IMG/VR virus record: IMGVR_UViG_3300028388_002189
Span: 17,259 to 81,258 of that record
Origin: a virus
DNA: 64,000 nucleotides
Direction: 5' to 3' (one strand)
Positions within the stretch are counted from its first letter, which is position 1. Every line of letters begins with the position of its first letter. The notes beneath the pieces were generated by a model. It worked only from the letters and a program-made list of their open reading frames with translations, searched no databases and was not told the DNA's origin. Both the position numbers and the translations under genes were made by a program. Below are positions 1 through 7,943 of the stretch, one piece after another.

Positions 1-114
1 ACTAGCGTCTAAACTCTTGAAGACTGAATAATCTAAAACAACGTCTTTCACTTCTGAGTCTAGAATACTTTGAAGTCTGTCTTCTCTGACAACTCCACTA
101 AGACATACCCTCAT
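1..114 (-). CDS. partial CDS running off the left edge (MRVCLSGVVREDRLQSILDSEVKDVVLDYSVFKSLDAS...)
   Basis: ATG at 114, open to position 1, preceded by the TATA-rich element that also precedes other operon starts; not in the ORF track because it is truncated. Confidence 0.6.
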   Translation of the reverse strand, partial: MRVCLSGVVREDRLQSILDSEVKDVVLDYSVFKSLDAS

Positions 115-120
115 GTCACA

Positions 121-165
121 ACTCTCTTATATAGTCTGTCTTATATATATATATAATATATTAGT
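121..165 (-). promoter_or_regulatory. TATA-rich repeated element (copy 1)
   Basis: minus strand TATATTATATATATATATAAGA-CAGA-CTATATAAGAGAG just before the ATG at 114; similar elements at 15601-15650 and 55841-55890. Confidence 0.55.
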
Positions 166-172
166 GCCGACC

Positions 173-275
173 GTTAAAATCTATCGATGTTTTTTAGGCA
201 AAACACACTTTTTGATAAAATGTATCGATGTTTTTTATCGTCTCAGAGTACGGTAAAATCTATCGATAGATTTTA
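173..275. repeat. three AAAAT(C/G)TATCGAT repeats, the third a perfect 22-bp palindrome (operator- or iteron-like)
   Basis: copies at about 176-196, 217-238 and 254-275 (TAAAATCTATCGATAGATTTTA); TATCGATGTTTTTTAT recurs at 15321-15336. Confidence 0.75.
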
Positions 276-292
276 ACGATATATTTTATACA

Positions 293-670
293 TTATCTCT
301 TCTTAGTCTGTTCATCTGCACGCTTCATTTTGCGATCAACGGACTCTGCCCACCTTTTTCCAGCATCACCCCCCCAAAGCGACCAAGCAATTTTTCCAGC
401 ACCTGGTGTTCCGTCTGGTTTACGAGAGTTCTTGTTTCTCTCATGACGTGCAAAGAAACTCTTCATCCTTCGGATCGTCTGAGGAGAAACTTTATTGCCA
501 TTCTTCAGATTAACGGCACGTTGAACACCCGAACCAATACCTTGTTCAGATGCTTGTTTGTTTGAGAGACCTCCGCGACCGTATTTTTTACGGTCTTTTA
601 GACCTCTCTCCGCTGCACGTTGAACACCCTTTGGGGGAACAAACCATTCGTCTTTGTATTTCTTAGCCAT
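293..670 (-). CDS. basic phage protein with a GxIAWxLWGGDAG motif
   Basis: 125 aa, K/R-rich, contains RMKSFFARH and GKIAWSLWGGDAGKRWA, a motif I recognise from phage head-associated hypothetical proteins; GGAGG RBS. Confidence 0.75.
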   Translation of the reverse strand: MAKKYKDEWFVPPKGVQRAAERGLKDRKKYGRGGLSNKQASEQGIGSGVQRAVNLKNGNKVSPQTIRRMKSFFARHERNKNSRKPDGTPGAGKIAWSLWGGDAGKRWAESVDRKMKRADEQTKKR

Positions 671-717
671 AACTTGACCTCCTTGTCATAGGAGTATCTC
701 ATTATGGTCATATACAT

Positions 718-1143
718 TCAACTCTCGGAACTATCTCCACTGACGTTCTGATTCATCTTAACGTTCAAGAGTTCAGCAATTCCTTTAAGAGAAGATTGGT
801 TCAGATGTTGGAAGATCTGAGCAAGTTCCCCAACGATACGAATCGCACCAATTTGGTCTTGAACGTCCGCACACATACGAAGAACTTCATGTGCATTTGC
901 TTGTCTATCCATCTTCAAAGACTGAAGGTTGGTGACAGGCAAAACAGCGCCCTGTCTGTTTTTCACCAAAAGAACGGCAGTGACAATATCTTCGTCGATA
1001 TCGTTCTCGCCTAAGTTAGAGTTCGTAGGGTTGAACTCTGTATCCTCGTTTACCTCAACAGGCTCTTTTGGTGCCTCAGTGGTTTCTGTATCTGTAGTTG
1101 TGTCGTCGATGAAGTTATCTTCATTCTCTCTGTAATCAGACAT
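718..1143 (-). CDS. hypothetical protein with an acidic N-terminus
   Basis: 141 aa ORF overlapping the upstream gene in a co-oriented operon. Confidence 0.7.
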   Translation of the reverse strand: MSDYRENEDNFIDDTTTDTETTEAPKEPVEVNEDTEFNPTNSNLGENDIDEDIVTAVLLVKNRQGAVLPVTNLQSLKMDRQANAHEVLRMCADVQDQIGAIRIVGELAQIFQHLNQSSLKGIAELLNVKMNQNVSGDSSES

Positions 1144-1459
1144 ATAGCTTACTCCATGTGTCTTCTGTTGGTGTGAATTGTACTTTGTGACCAGATGTTT
1201 CTAATAGAACCCTAGAGCATTGAACTCTTCCGTGGTCTCGTTGAGCAACTAAGTAATCAGTTATACACGCCCAAGCGCCAAGGCAAGCCTCTTCTGGAGT
1301 TCTTCTTGGTGCTTCGGGGTCTTCCCACCACTTAACAAGTGCGTCCTTAAGGCTAGGCGCATTACACGCCTCACCCTCTTTTAGCTCAGTAACCATTAGG
1401 TCTATTTCAAACATAAGGATACCCGAAGGCATCTGCATTTTATATGTTACGGTAAACAT
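1136..1459 (-). CDS. hypothetical protein (weak resemblance to a T-fold/QueD C-terminus)
   Basis: 107 aa, coupled to neighbours; RTPEE...W...RVLLET pattern is only suggestive. Confidence 0.6.
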   Translation of the reverse strand: MFTVTYKMQMPSGILMFEIDLMVTELKEGEACNAPSLKDALVKWWEDPEAPRRTPEEACLGAWACITDYLVAQRDHGRVQCSRVLLETSGHKVQFTPTEDTWSKLYV

Positions 1460-1728
1460 TAGCTTTGCTTTATAAAGATCCTCATAGCTGTCTTCTCTTC
1501 ACCACTGATAATCTCAGTAGCAAATCCGCTAGTAAAGTATAAGTCTTTACCACCGCTTGCTGACATTGAACGCGCTATGGTAACTGCTTTTAACATTTGA
1601 TTAACAGCACCTGCACCAATGGCAGTCAAAGATACTTGTGTACCTTCGTTGATGTTTTTAACTATACTACCCGCTACTGAACTAGGGTCAGATCGACCAG
1701 CTACTTTCAAGTTTATGTCTTCAGCCAT
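1459..1728 (-). CDS. spoVS: stage V sporulation protein S (SpoVS) family, Alba-like nucleic-acid-binding protein
   Basis: LKVAGRSDPSSVAGSI...AIGAGAVNQMLKAVTIAR...GEEKTAM aligns over its full length with the Bacillus SpoVS pattern LKVSAKSSPNSVAGAL...AIGAGALNQAVKAVAIAR...GEERTAI. Confidence 0.9.
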   Translation of the reverse strand: MAEDINLKVAGRSDPSSVAGSIVKNINEGTQVSLTAIGAGAVNQMLKAVTIARSMSASGGKDLYFTSGFATEIISGEEKTAMRIFIKQS

Positions 1729-2185
1729 CTCTAAGATTCCTCTCGTTATGTCTTCTTGTTATCTCTCTGCTTATAGCAGAATTCTTAAGATCATAACCGA
1801 TGAGGATAGATTTTAACACTTTTAGATCTGCTTCTATCGTTGTGACGCGAACTTTCATAGCTCTAAGCATCTTAGACGCCCCTAGAGCAATCTTGCGCTC
1901 TGAGATACTACTACCTTGCTTGTTATACAAACGTAAGTCGTATTCTTGGTCATATTCATTCTTAGCATGAATAAGCGCACCTTCAAGAACGGCAACCTTT
2001 TGGTGAGCATACGCTGTCATTGAAGCCCAATAACTAAGGTGCTCTGCAATCTCTTGATCACTAAGTCTACTCAAGTCACTTGGGAAGATTAACTCGATAC
2101 CAGGAGAAGCAGGTGCTTGGAGACCGAGCGCAGATATTAACTGTCTACTGTGTAGACCAAAGTCTACTACCTTCTGATCTACCAT
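1721..2185 (-). CDS. coiled-coil protein, putative UvsY-like recombination mediator
   Basis: 154 aa, helical, ends AISREITRR; lies in the RecA/nuclease module. Confidence 0.5.
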   Translation of the reverse strand: MVDQKVVDFGLHSRQLISALGLQAPASPGIELIFPSDLSRLSDQEIAEHLSYWASMTAYAHQKVAVLEGALIHAKNEYDQEYDLRLYNKQGSSISERKIALGASKMLRAMKVRVTTIEADLKVLKSILIGYDLKNSAISREITRRHNERNLRDG

Positions 2186-2193
2186 GACTTACC

Positions 2194-3021
2194 TCAAGAA
2201 AAGCATACGCTACAAGCAATGCAATCTTTTGCTCGTTTTGATCGGTTAGACTTACAGTCATCTACTCGCATAGGAATGACCTCTGACTCTAAAGAGTCAA
2301 TCGCTACATCAATCTGTTCAAGCAAAGGATCGACAATCGAAGTGTCGTTCTCAATAAATAAGTCTAGTTCTTCGCCCGTATCTTTATTGACGTACAAGAT
2401 AAAAGCACCTTCAAACTTAGGCTTCTTCTCTAGGTCATGTGGTGCCATCATATATAACTGAGCCTGTCGCTTGTGGTAAGGTCGTGGCTCTCTTGTGCGC
2501 TTCAGATACCTAAACGATTGATCATTACTGCTCTTGATCTCTAACAGGTACCATCTGCCATTAATCATTAGGAACCCGTCGCAGTAACCGCTAATCCTTT
2601 TGTCAGTCCACCAAATACGAGGCTCGACATATGCCCACTCTGGGGAAGGTTGAAACCCTTCTACCTCGGTGTCACCTAACTTCCACTTGCCATATAAGAT
2701 ACCCGCAGGTCCAAGAACCTTATCTTGGTAAAGAGAGTGGATAGAATGACCGTGTTCAAAGATACGCAATAGAGAAGTCTCATGTGGTTCTGGGCGCAAC
2801 AGGGTGATCCCTAGTTCTTCACGCTTCATCACCAAGTAGTATGCCCTAGGACATACACCCCAATAACTGATACTGCTAGGATGAAAGCGTGTTAGACGGT
2901 CTTCAAACTTCTCTTGATCAAACTCTTTCGACTTACGAAGAAAGAACTTCTCTATCTCAGCGCCAAGCGAAGGTCGATCGCCTGCATTGTGGATGCTTTT
3001 CATTAAGTCCATTAAACTCAT
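2194..3021 (-). CDS. Cas4-like PD-(D/E)XK exonuclease with Fe-S cysteines
   Basis: HPSSI..CPR, ISGYCDG, LLEIKS, QAQLYM, C-terminal cysteine cluster; start placed at ATG 3021 by ATGA overlap. Confidence 0.85.
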   Translation of the reverse strand: MSLMDLMKSIHNAGDRPSLGAEIEKFFLRKSKEFDQEKFEDRLTRFHPSSISYWGVCPRAYYLVMKREELGITLLRPEPHETSLLRIFEHGHSIHSLYQDKVLGPAGILYGKWKLGDTEVEGFQPSPEWAYVEPRIWWTDKRISGYCDGFLMINGRWYLLEIKSSNDQSFRYLKRTREPRPYHKRQAQLYMMAPHDLEKKPKFEGAFILYVNKDTGEELDLFIENDTSIVDPLLEQIDVAIDSLESEVIPMRVDDCKSNRSKRAKDCIACSVCFS

Positions 3022-3932
3022 GAGCGTCTTTGCGCCTCTCCCCAAGCATCAAGACCATGCTCTCCAGCTAAGGTGCGCATAGCGTTAACAAGACTCGCTA
3101 GTTCGCCTTGAGGTAGTTTTGAGAAGTCGATGGCTTGTACCGCTACGCTATACGCAAACCATGCAGAAGGGTCTTGTAACACCTTAGCGCCAACGTCTAG
3201 CATATTAGCAACAATAAGGTTTGAGTTCGCTTCAGCAATCGCCTTTCGATCTGTGAAGTCGCAATCGATCTCCTCTTCATCGTCATCATCTATGTAGATA
3301 GAGTCATCGTCATCACTTAAGACAAAGACTTCCTCTTCGTCAGAGCCAACGTTGTTAATCTGCTCGATCTCGTCTTTGATTGTACGAACAGTCGCACCCT
3401 CTTCAGCGAGTTTGATTAGCGACTCATGATGGTTATGGTCTGCCTCGTTGATCGCTCTCGCCTGGTTTACTGAGATTGAATCTCTGTCTAGTGCGTCTTG
3501 AATCTCAAGCGCCATATCAAGAAGAGCGAGACGTTGTGTGATCAAGGTCTTGGACCACCCAAGAGCTACTCGGAACTCTTCAACGTCTTTTCCTGCAGCC
3601 ATAATGCGCTTGATCGCATAGGCCTCTTCCATAGGTGTTAAGTTCTGTCGAGAGACGTTCTCCTGTAGGTTCATCACCAACAAGTCTGCTTGGTCTTGAG
3701 CAGATACAACTTGAGCGGGGATTGTCTCCCAACCTAACTGCTCACAAGCGCTGAATCGACGAAATCCGTAGATGAGACCATAACTGCCATCGTCACCCAT
3801 AGATACGCCCACAGGGATCTGTAAACCTGTCGCCTCAATCGATTGAACCAAGTCTTCAACATTGACGTTATTTCGACAATTTACAATCAAGTCTTTATGA
3901 ATTTTGCGAAGAGGTATGTTGTGAATTTCCAT
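3018..3932 (-). CDS. ParB/Spo0J-like protein (ParB N-terminal domain + HTH + acidic linker)
   Basis: GLQIPVGV, LIYGFRRFSA (GxxRxxA), ENVSRQNLTPMEEA, HTH; likely start ATG 3932 with AAGGA RBS. Confidence 0.85.
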   Translation of the reverse strand: MEIHNIPLRKIHKDLIVNCRNNVNVEDLVQSIEATGLQIPVGVSMGDDGSYGLIYGFRRFSACEQLGWETIPAQVVSAQDQADLLVMNLQENVSRQNLTPMEEAYAIKRIMAAGKDVEEFRVALGWSKTLITQRLALLDMALEIQDALDRDSISVNQARAINEADHNHHESLIKLAEEGATVRTIKDEIEQINNVGSDEEEVFVLSDDDDSIYIDDDDEEEIDCDFTDRKAIAEANSNLIVANMLDVGAKVLQDPSAWFAYSVAVQAIDFSKLPQGELASLVNAMRTLAGEHGLDAWGEAQRRS

Positions 3933-3945
3933 GTCTGTTCCTTTA

Positions 3946-3957
3946 AGTTGTTGAAAA
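3946..3957 (-). repeat. genome-wide motif TTTTCAACAACT, copy 1 (abuts the ParB-like RBS)
   Basis: AGTTGTTGAAAA on the + strand. Confidence 0.9.
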
Positions 3958-3964
3958 GTATTTT

Positions 3965-4384
3965 TTAGTGTGTCGTGTAGTTGTCTAATAGTTCTGCAAA
4001 TACGGAAGCGGGCACCATTACCCAATCCTTTTCTAAGTGGTTAGGTAAGCCCTCCAAAGTCAAAGCAACCCCCGCCCATTTAGAGTTGAGACTCGCTTGT
4101 CTCTTTAACTCTACTAGCACATCTGAAGTGATTGTAAAACGGTCTTTGTCAGTCAACTTAGCTTGCCATACAAAGAGTTCGTCTTGTAGATCTCCCTTAA
4201 AACTGATGTTAGGTAGAGCCCCGCTGTTTGGAGTTGTCTTACTGCGCAAGACCTCTTGTAAACGATCTTCATGCACAACTGACCTGCTCTTATTGCACAT
4301 AGGCTCTTTATCATCAAAAGTGTTAGGGCGAGGTCTTTTGCCTCCTAGACTGCTTTGTCGCATTAGGTGTCTCCATCCATCCAA
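3965..4384 (-). CDS. Holliday junction resolvase-like PD-(D/E)XK nuclease
   Basis: HE...TPNSGA...KGDL...QAK pattern of phage Hjc-like resolvases; next to RecA. Confidence 0.6.
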   Translation of the reverse strand: MDGWRHLMRQSSLGGKRPRPNTFDDKEPMCNKSRSVVHEDRLQEVLRSKTTPNSGALPNISFKGDLQDELFVWQAKLTDKDRFTITSDVLVELKRQASLNSKWAGVALTLEGLPNHLEKDWVMVPASVFAELLDNYTTH

Positions 4385-5478
4385 TCAACTTCTCTTCGCC
4401 AGATCTCATCCTTCATATCAAAGAAAGTGGGCTCATCGTTGGCAAGAGCTTCCGCAGTCTTGATCAGTCCTTGGTACTTCTCGCCATTAGGTAACTTGTA
4501 CCAAGCACCCGTCTTCTCAACGAGACCCCAATATTCACCAACCGCCACAATCTGTTCGGCGATATTAGACGCACCTGCAACATAGGGCATAGAGTCTCTA
4601 AAGAAGATACTGAAGAGACACGATCTGTTCGGTGGCGCTGTCTTGTTCTTCTGCATAGTAACTTCCATATCTTGACCAAACGGAGCGCTACCCGACTTGT
4701 CCTCGATAAACCCTTTACGTTTAACCTTGCAGATCACACTAGAGGCAAAGTCAATCCCTTTCCCACCAGGTGAAGTTTCGGGCGAACCGTAAATAACGCC
4801 GACTTTATGTCTAATCTGATTGATCAGCAATATGGTAGGTGGAACCACCTTTGTCATGCCCACAGCGTTCTGAGCGCTAACCCACTTACGCATCGCCTTG
4901 TTCATTAATCGAGCATGGACACCAACTTGCCACTTCTCTGAAGACTGCTCTATCTCAACACTCGGTGTAAGGTGAGCAACGGAGTCTACAACAAGTAGGT
5001 CGCACTCGCCCGAACGAATCACGCTGTCTGCGATATCAATGCCCTGTTCAGCGAACTCGGTACGAATGACATAAGTCTTGTCGTTCTTCATGCCTAGTCT
5101 TTCTGCCCAAGAGTTCTGATAAGAACCTTCTGCGTCAAACCAAACAACGCGCATAGACTCTGGATTGTCACAACACGCTACCTCTGCACCATCCTGTACA
5201 ATCTCATTCCAAAGTACAAGAGGCTGACCGCAGTTGCGACACGTTCTCTGAAAAGACGCACCTATACGGTGTGCAAGCGCTGACTTGCCAGAGGAATACT
5301 CACCTTTTAAGGTGATAATCGTACCAAGAGGTATACCGCCGCCTAGCGCAAGATCAAAACTCATGATCCCTGTCTCAATCCGCTTTCTGACGTTTAACTT
5401 GGCAGACTTTGACGCTTGAACAAAGCAATCATCGCCATAGCTCTTGTTGATCTTCTTGATCAGTGAATCAAGGCTCAT
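4363..5478 (-). CDS. recA: RecA/UvsX recombinase with a Cys-rich insertion
   Basis: ETGIMSFDLALGGGIP, Walker A GEYSSGKS, FDAEG, LVVDSVAHL, INQIR, ETSPGG, KNKTAPP, GAWY. Confidence 0.95.
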   Translation of the reverse strand: MSLDSLIKKINKSYGDDCFVQASKSAKLNVRKRIETGIMSFDLALGGGIPLGTIITLKGEYSSGKSALAHRIGASFQRTCRNCGQPLVLWNEIVQDGAEVACCDNPESMRVVWFDAEGSYQNSWAERLGMKNDKTYVIRTEFAEQGIDIADSVIRSGECDLLVVDSVAHLTPSVEIEQSSEKWQVGVHARLMNKAMRKWVSAQNAVGMTKVVPPTILLINQIRHKVGVIYGSPETSPGGKGIDFASSVICKVKRKGFIEDKSGSAPFGQDMEVTMQKNKTAPPNRSCLFSIFFRDSMPYVAGASNIAEQIVAVGEYWGLVEKTGAWYKLPNGEKYQGLIKTAEALANDEPTFFDMKDEIWRREVDWMDGDT

Positions 5479-5687
5479 TGTTTATTACCCTTCATGCCTT
5501 GACGTATCTCAGCCGCTTTAATCTCAAGTTGTCTGTAAACTTCTCCCCAAGCGCGTTCAAACTCTTTGGGAACATCCTTTACGTCACAGGGAAGTTCGAT
5601 GCCCGCTTCAATCCCTGCGCTTTCATAGTTACCAAGGTTAATCTTCAGAGAAGCGTATGCTTTAACTTTTGCTTTGTCATCACTCAT
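5475..5687 (-). CDS. hypothetical phage protein (KINLGNYES motif)
   Basis: small ORF; likely start ATG 5687 after AAGGA. Confidence 0.7.
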   Translation of the reverse strand: MSDDKAKVKAYASLKINLGNYESAGIEAGIELPCDVKDVPKEFERAWGEVYRQLEIKAAEIRQGMKGNKQ

Positions 5688-5691
5688 GTCT

Positions 5692-6264
5692 TTATCCTTC
5701 TTCTGTATATTCACTTGCGGGTACACCACCTACAAGGTTGCTGAACTTCTCTTCTACATACTGACAAAGTTCTTTGGTCACTCGGAACTTGTAGTTGTTT
5801 AGTGTCGCCTGTTTACGGAATCGTTTAAACGCCCTCACCAAGATGTCTACTTGATACTGAGTGTACACTCGCCATCCCTGTGGGTTACGGTAAAGTGCCC
5901 TTGGGATCTTTCTCTGGTAGATCAAGTGCTCCAAGCGCTTCTTGTCGAGCTTTAGCTTCATTGCTACAGCAGTTATCGTGTACATCTTGCAGACATGACC
6001 TTTGGTCTGATCCGCAGATAAAACTTTCATCATGCAGTTGTATTCCACTTCAACCTCTTCGTTACTCGGTAACTCTGGCGCACTTTGGTAACTGTCTTGT
6101 TCTTTCCTAAGACGTGCGGTGCGTCGTTGTCTGTTTACTCTGTTTCGGTATTCTTCATCATTCTGAAAACGCTTCTTACGGTGCGATAAGATACGTTCTT
6201 TATTTTTTAAGTAGTATTCGCGCTGATAGCCTTTTCTACTCTTGGTTTGTACGTCCTCAGACAT
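5692..6264 (-). CDS. DNA-binding protein with a MerR-like HTH
   Basis: basic N-terminal helix; YTITAVA...YRNPQGWRVYTQYQVDIL. Confidence 0.6.
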   Translation of the reverse strand: MSEDVQTKSRKGYQREYYLKNKERILSHRKKRFQNDEEYRNRVNRQRRTARLRKEQDSYQSAPELPSNEEVEVEYNCMMKVLSADQTKGHVCKMYTITAVAMKLKLDKKRLEHLIYQRKIPRALYRNPQGWRVYTQYQVDILVRAFKRFRKQATLNNYKFRVTKELCQYVEEKFSNLVGGVPASEYTEEG

Positions 6265-6644
6265 TATGCGTCTTCCTTTACTGTCAAAGTCTTGATGGTC
6301 TTAACGTCAGAGTATTCTGCGATCTCCATCGGATCGACTAACCCCTCTGCGATCAAGTCCTCAACCTTCTTTAGATCTACCTTTGAGGCTAAGAACTTAG
6401 TTGTGGGTATACCCTTGTGGAGTAATAAATGTTCGATCCCTTCAAGGTCATACTTGACCCTTTGAGATGATGACATCACAGCACTGTAGTGCCCATCTTT
6501 GAACTTGTTTGTGTCTTCTGCGGATAAGGCAAGATCGATCCTCGCCTTTAAGTCTTTTTTCTGTGACTCAAGAATCTTAATTTCTTGGTTCACCTTGTGA
6601 TAATCAATCACTAGTTCTTTGAGTGTCATAGAACCTCCTATCAT
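6264..6644 (-). CDS. hypothetical coiled-coil phage protein
   Basis: ORF with GGAGG RBS before ATG 6629, downstream of a sigma70-like promoter. Confidence 0.7.
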   Translation of the reverse strand: MIGGSMTLKELVIDYHKVNQEIKILESQKKDLKARIDLALSAEDTNKFKDGHYSAVMSSSQRVKYDLEGIEHLLLHKGIPTTKFLASKVDLKKVEDLIAEGLVDPMEIAEYSDVKTIKTLTVKEDA

Positions 6645-6649
6645 TGAGG

Positions 6650-6678
6650 AAGATAGGGCACTCAGTAACGTATGTCAA
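6650..6678 (-). promoter_or_regulatory. sigma70-like promoter for the recombination genes
   Basis: TTGACA (6678-6673) - 17 nt - TATCTT (6655-6650). Confidence 0.6.
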
Positions 6679-7943
6679 ATAAAATAATAACCTAAGTTAG
6701 TGTAGGTCTTCTTCCTTGCATACCAGTAAGCATTCATTATGGGTATGTTGTGGTCTACAAAGTCTACGACAACAGGGTCTTTTTTATCGGGAGCATCCCT
6801 CAGTATACGACCTACACTTTGTGTGATTGATGTTTTCGGTGTAGCTAATATCAGTGTGTCTAGGGCGGGGATGTCAAGTCCCTCTTGCGCCATCGCATAA
6901 GTGCCACAGATGACGTCAGCTTCCGCTGCCCTCTCTCGCTGCGCTTGTTTCATGCCTCCAATGTAGACTGCACAAGTGAAGTCATCACTAACTTTACTTT
7001 TCAACAACTCGCACATCTCTTTTGTGTGCGCGACTCGCTCTGAGAGTATCAGAACTCGTCGTCCCTTCTTTAAAGCTCGATACGCAAAGTCAACGATGCG
7101 ATCAGTTCGACCCTCTACTTTAGAGATCATAGTGACCAACTTTGAAGTGTTCACTTCGCCGTCGTACCTTAAGTATGAGTTCTGTGGGAAAGAGGTATCA
7201 GTGTCTATACGCCAGATAGCAGGCTGACGCTTGTGACCTTCCATCCAATAAACGATAGGACCTATGTGTAAATAAAACACATGATGCAGTCCGTCCTTAC
7301 GCTCTGGAGTTGCGGTTAGTCCTATACGATATGCAGCACCAAAGTTGCTTATCGCATCTTGCCACATAGGAGCAGCGTATCTATGTGTCTCGTCGGCTAC
7401 AATCGTACCAAACATCTCATAGATCTCTTCGGGATACTCACGCCTTGGATTGACAATAGACTGCACCATACCAATGACAATATCTTCATCACCTGTAGGT
7501 ATGGTGTCTCTTTGCCAAAGACCAACCTTAGCGTTAGGAAGAAAAGTAGAAACACGCTCTACCCACTGATCGACCAAGAAAGACTTGTGAACTAAGACAA
7601 GCGCCTTCCGACCAATGCGACGAATCATCTCCAACCCCATGACAGTCTTACCTTTGCCACAGGGCGCAAACAGAATAGCGCCTTTACCTGGTCGGTCTAA
7701 AGCATTAATCACGGCTTCCACCGCAGGCACTTGCTCATCTCTTAAGTTAATAGGTTCCATATCTCTTATGGAGTCACCAAGCCAAAGTTGGCTGTCACCA
7801 TAACTAAAGTCTTGGTAGGCTCTAGGCACCAAGAGTCCGTCTTCGACTTCTCGAAAGACTTCACAACGAAAGTCACCTTCACCAAACGTCAAAGATTCCT
7901 TGTCTAGTTCTGACCAAGAGGTCTTCTTTGCCCAACCTCTCAT
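6675..7943 (-). CDS. superfamily 2 helicase (UvsW/XPB-like)
   Basis: LRDEQ, APCGKGKT, ADETH, GLTATPER, EGLDIP, QSVGRILR. Confidence 0.92.
   Translation of the reverse strand: MRGWAKKTSWSELDKESLTFGEGDFRCEVFREVEDGLLVPRAYQDFSYGDSQLWLGDSIRDMEPINLRDEQVPAVEAVINALDRPGKGAILFAPCGKGKTVMGLEMIRRIGRKALVLVHKSFLVDQWVERVSTFLPNAKVGLWQRDTIPTGDEDIVIGMVQSIVNPRREYPEEIYEMFGTIVADETHRYAAPMWQDAISNFGAAYRIGLTATPERKDGLHHVFYLHIGPIVYWMEGHKRQPAIWRIDTDTSFPQNSYLRYDGEVNTSKLVTMISKVEGRTDRIVDFAYRALKKGRRVLILSERVAHTKEMCELLKSKVSDDFTCAVYIGGMKQAQRERAAEADVICGTYAMAQEGLDIPALDTLILATPKTSITQSVGRILRDAPDKKDPVVVDFVDHNIPIMNAYWYARKKTYTNLGYYFI
6998..7009 (+). repeat. genome-wide motif, copy 2 (inside the helicase, ELLKS register)
   Basis: ACTTTTCAACAACT. 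Confidence 0.9.

Noticed and set aside
1459-1728. SpoVS as proof of a sporulating Firmicute host
   Set aside because: The spanin-like pair and LexA box type argue for a diderm host; SpoVS is a general nucleic-acid-binding fold
2194-3021. Cas4-like gene as evidence of a CRISPR-Cas system
   Set aside because: No cas1, cas2 or effector genes and no repeat-spacer array; solo Cas4-like nucleases are common in phage recombination modules
5150-5250. Intein in RecA
   Set aside because: The insertion is only about 30 aa and lacks the His-Asn/Cys-Ser-Thr splice junction
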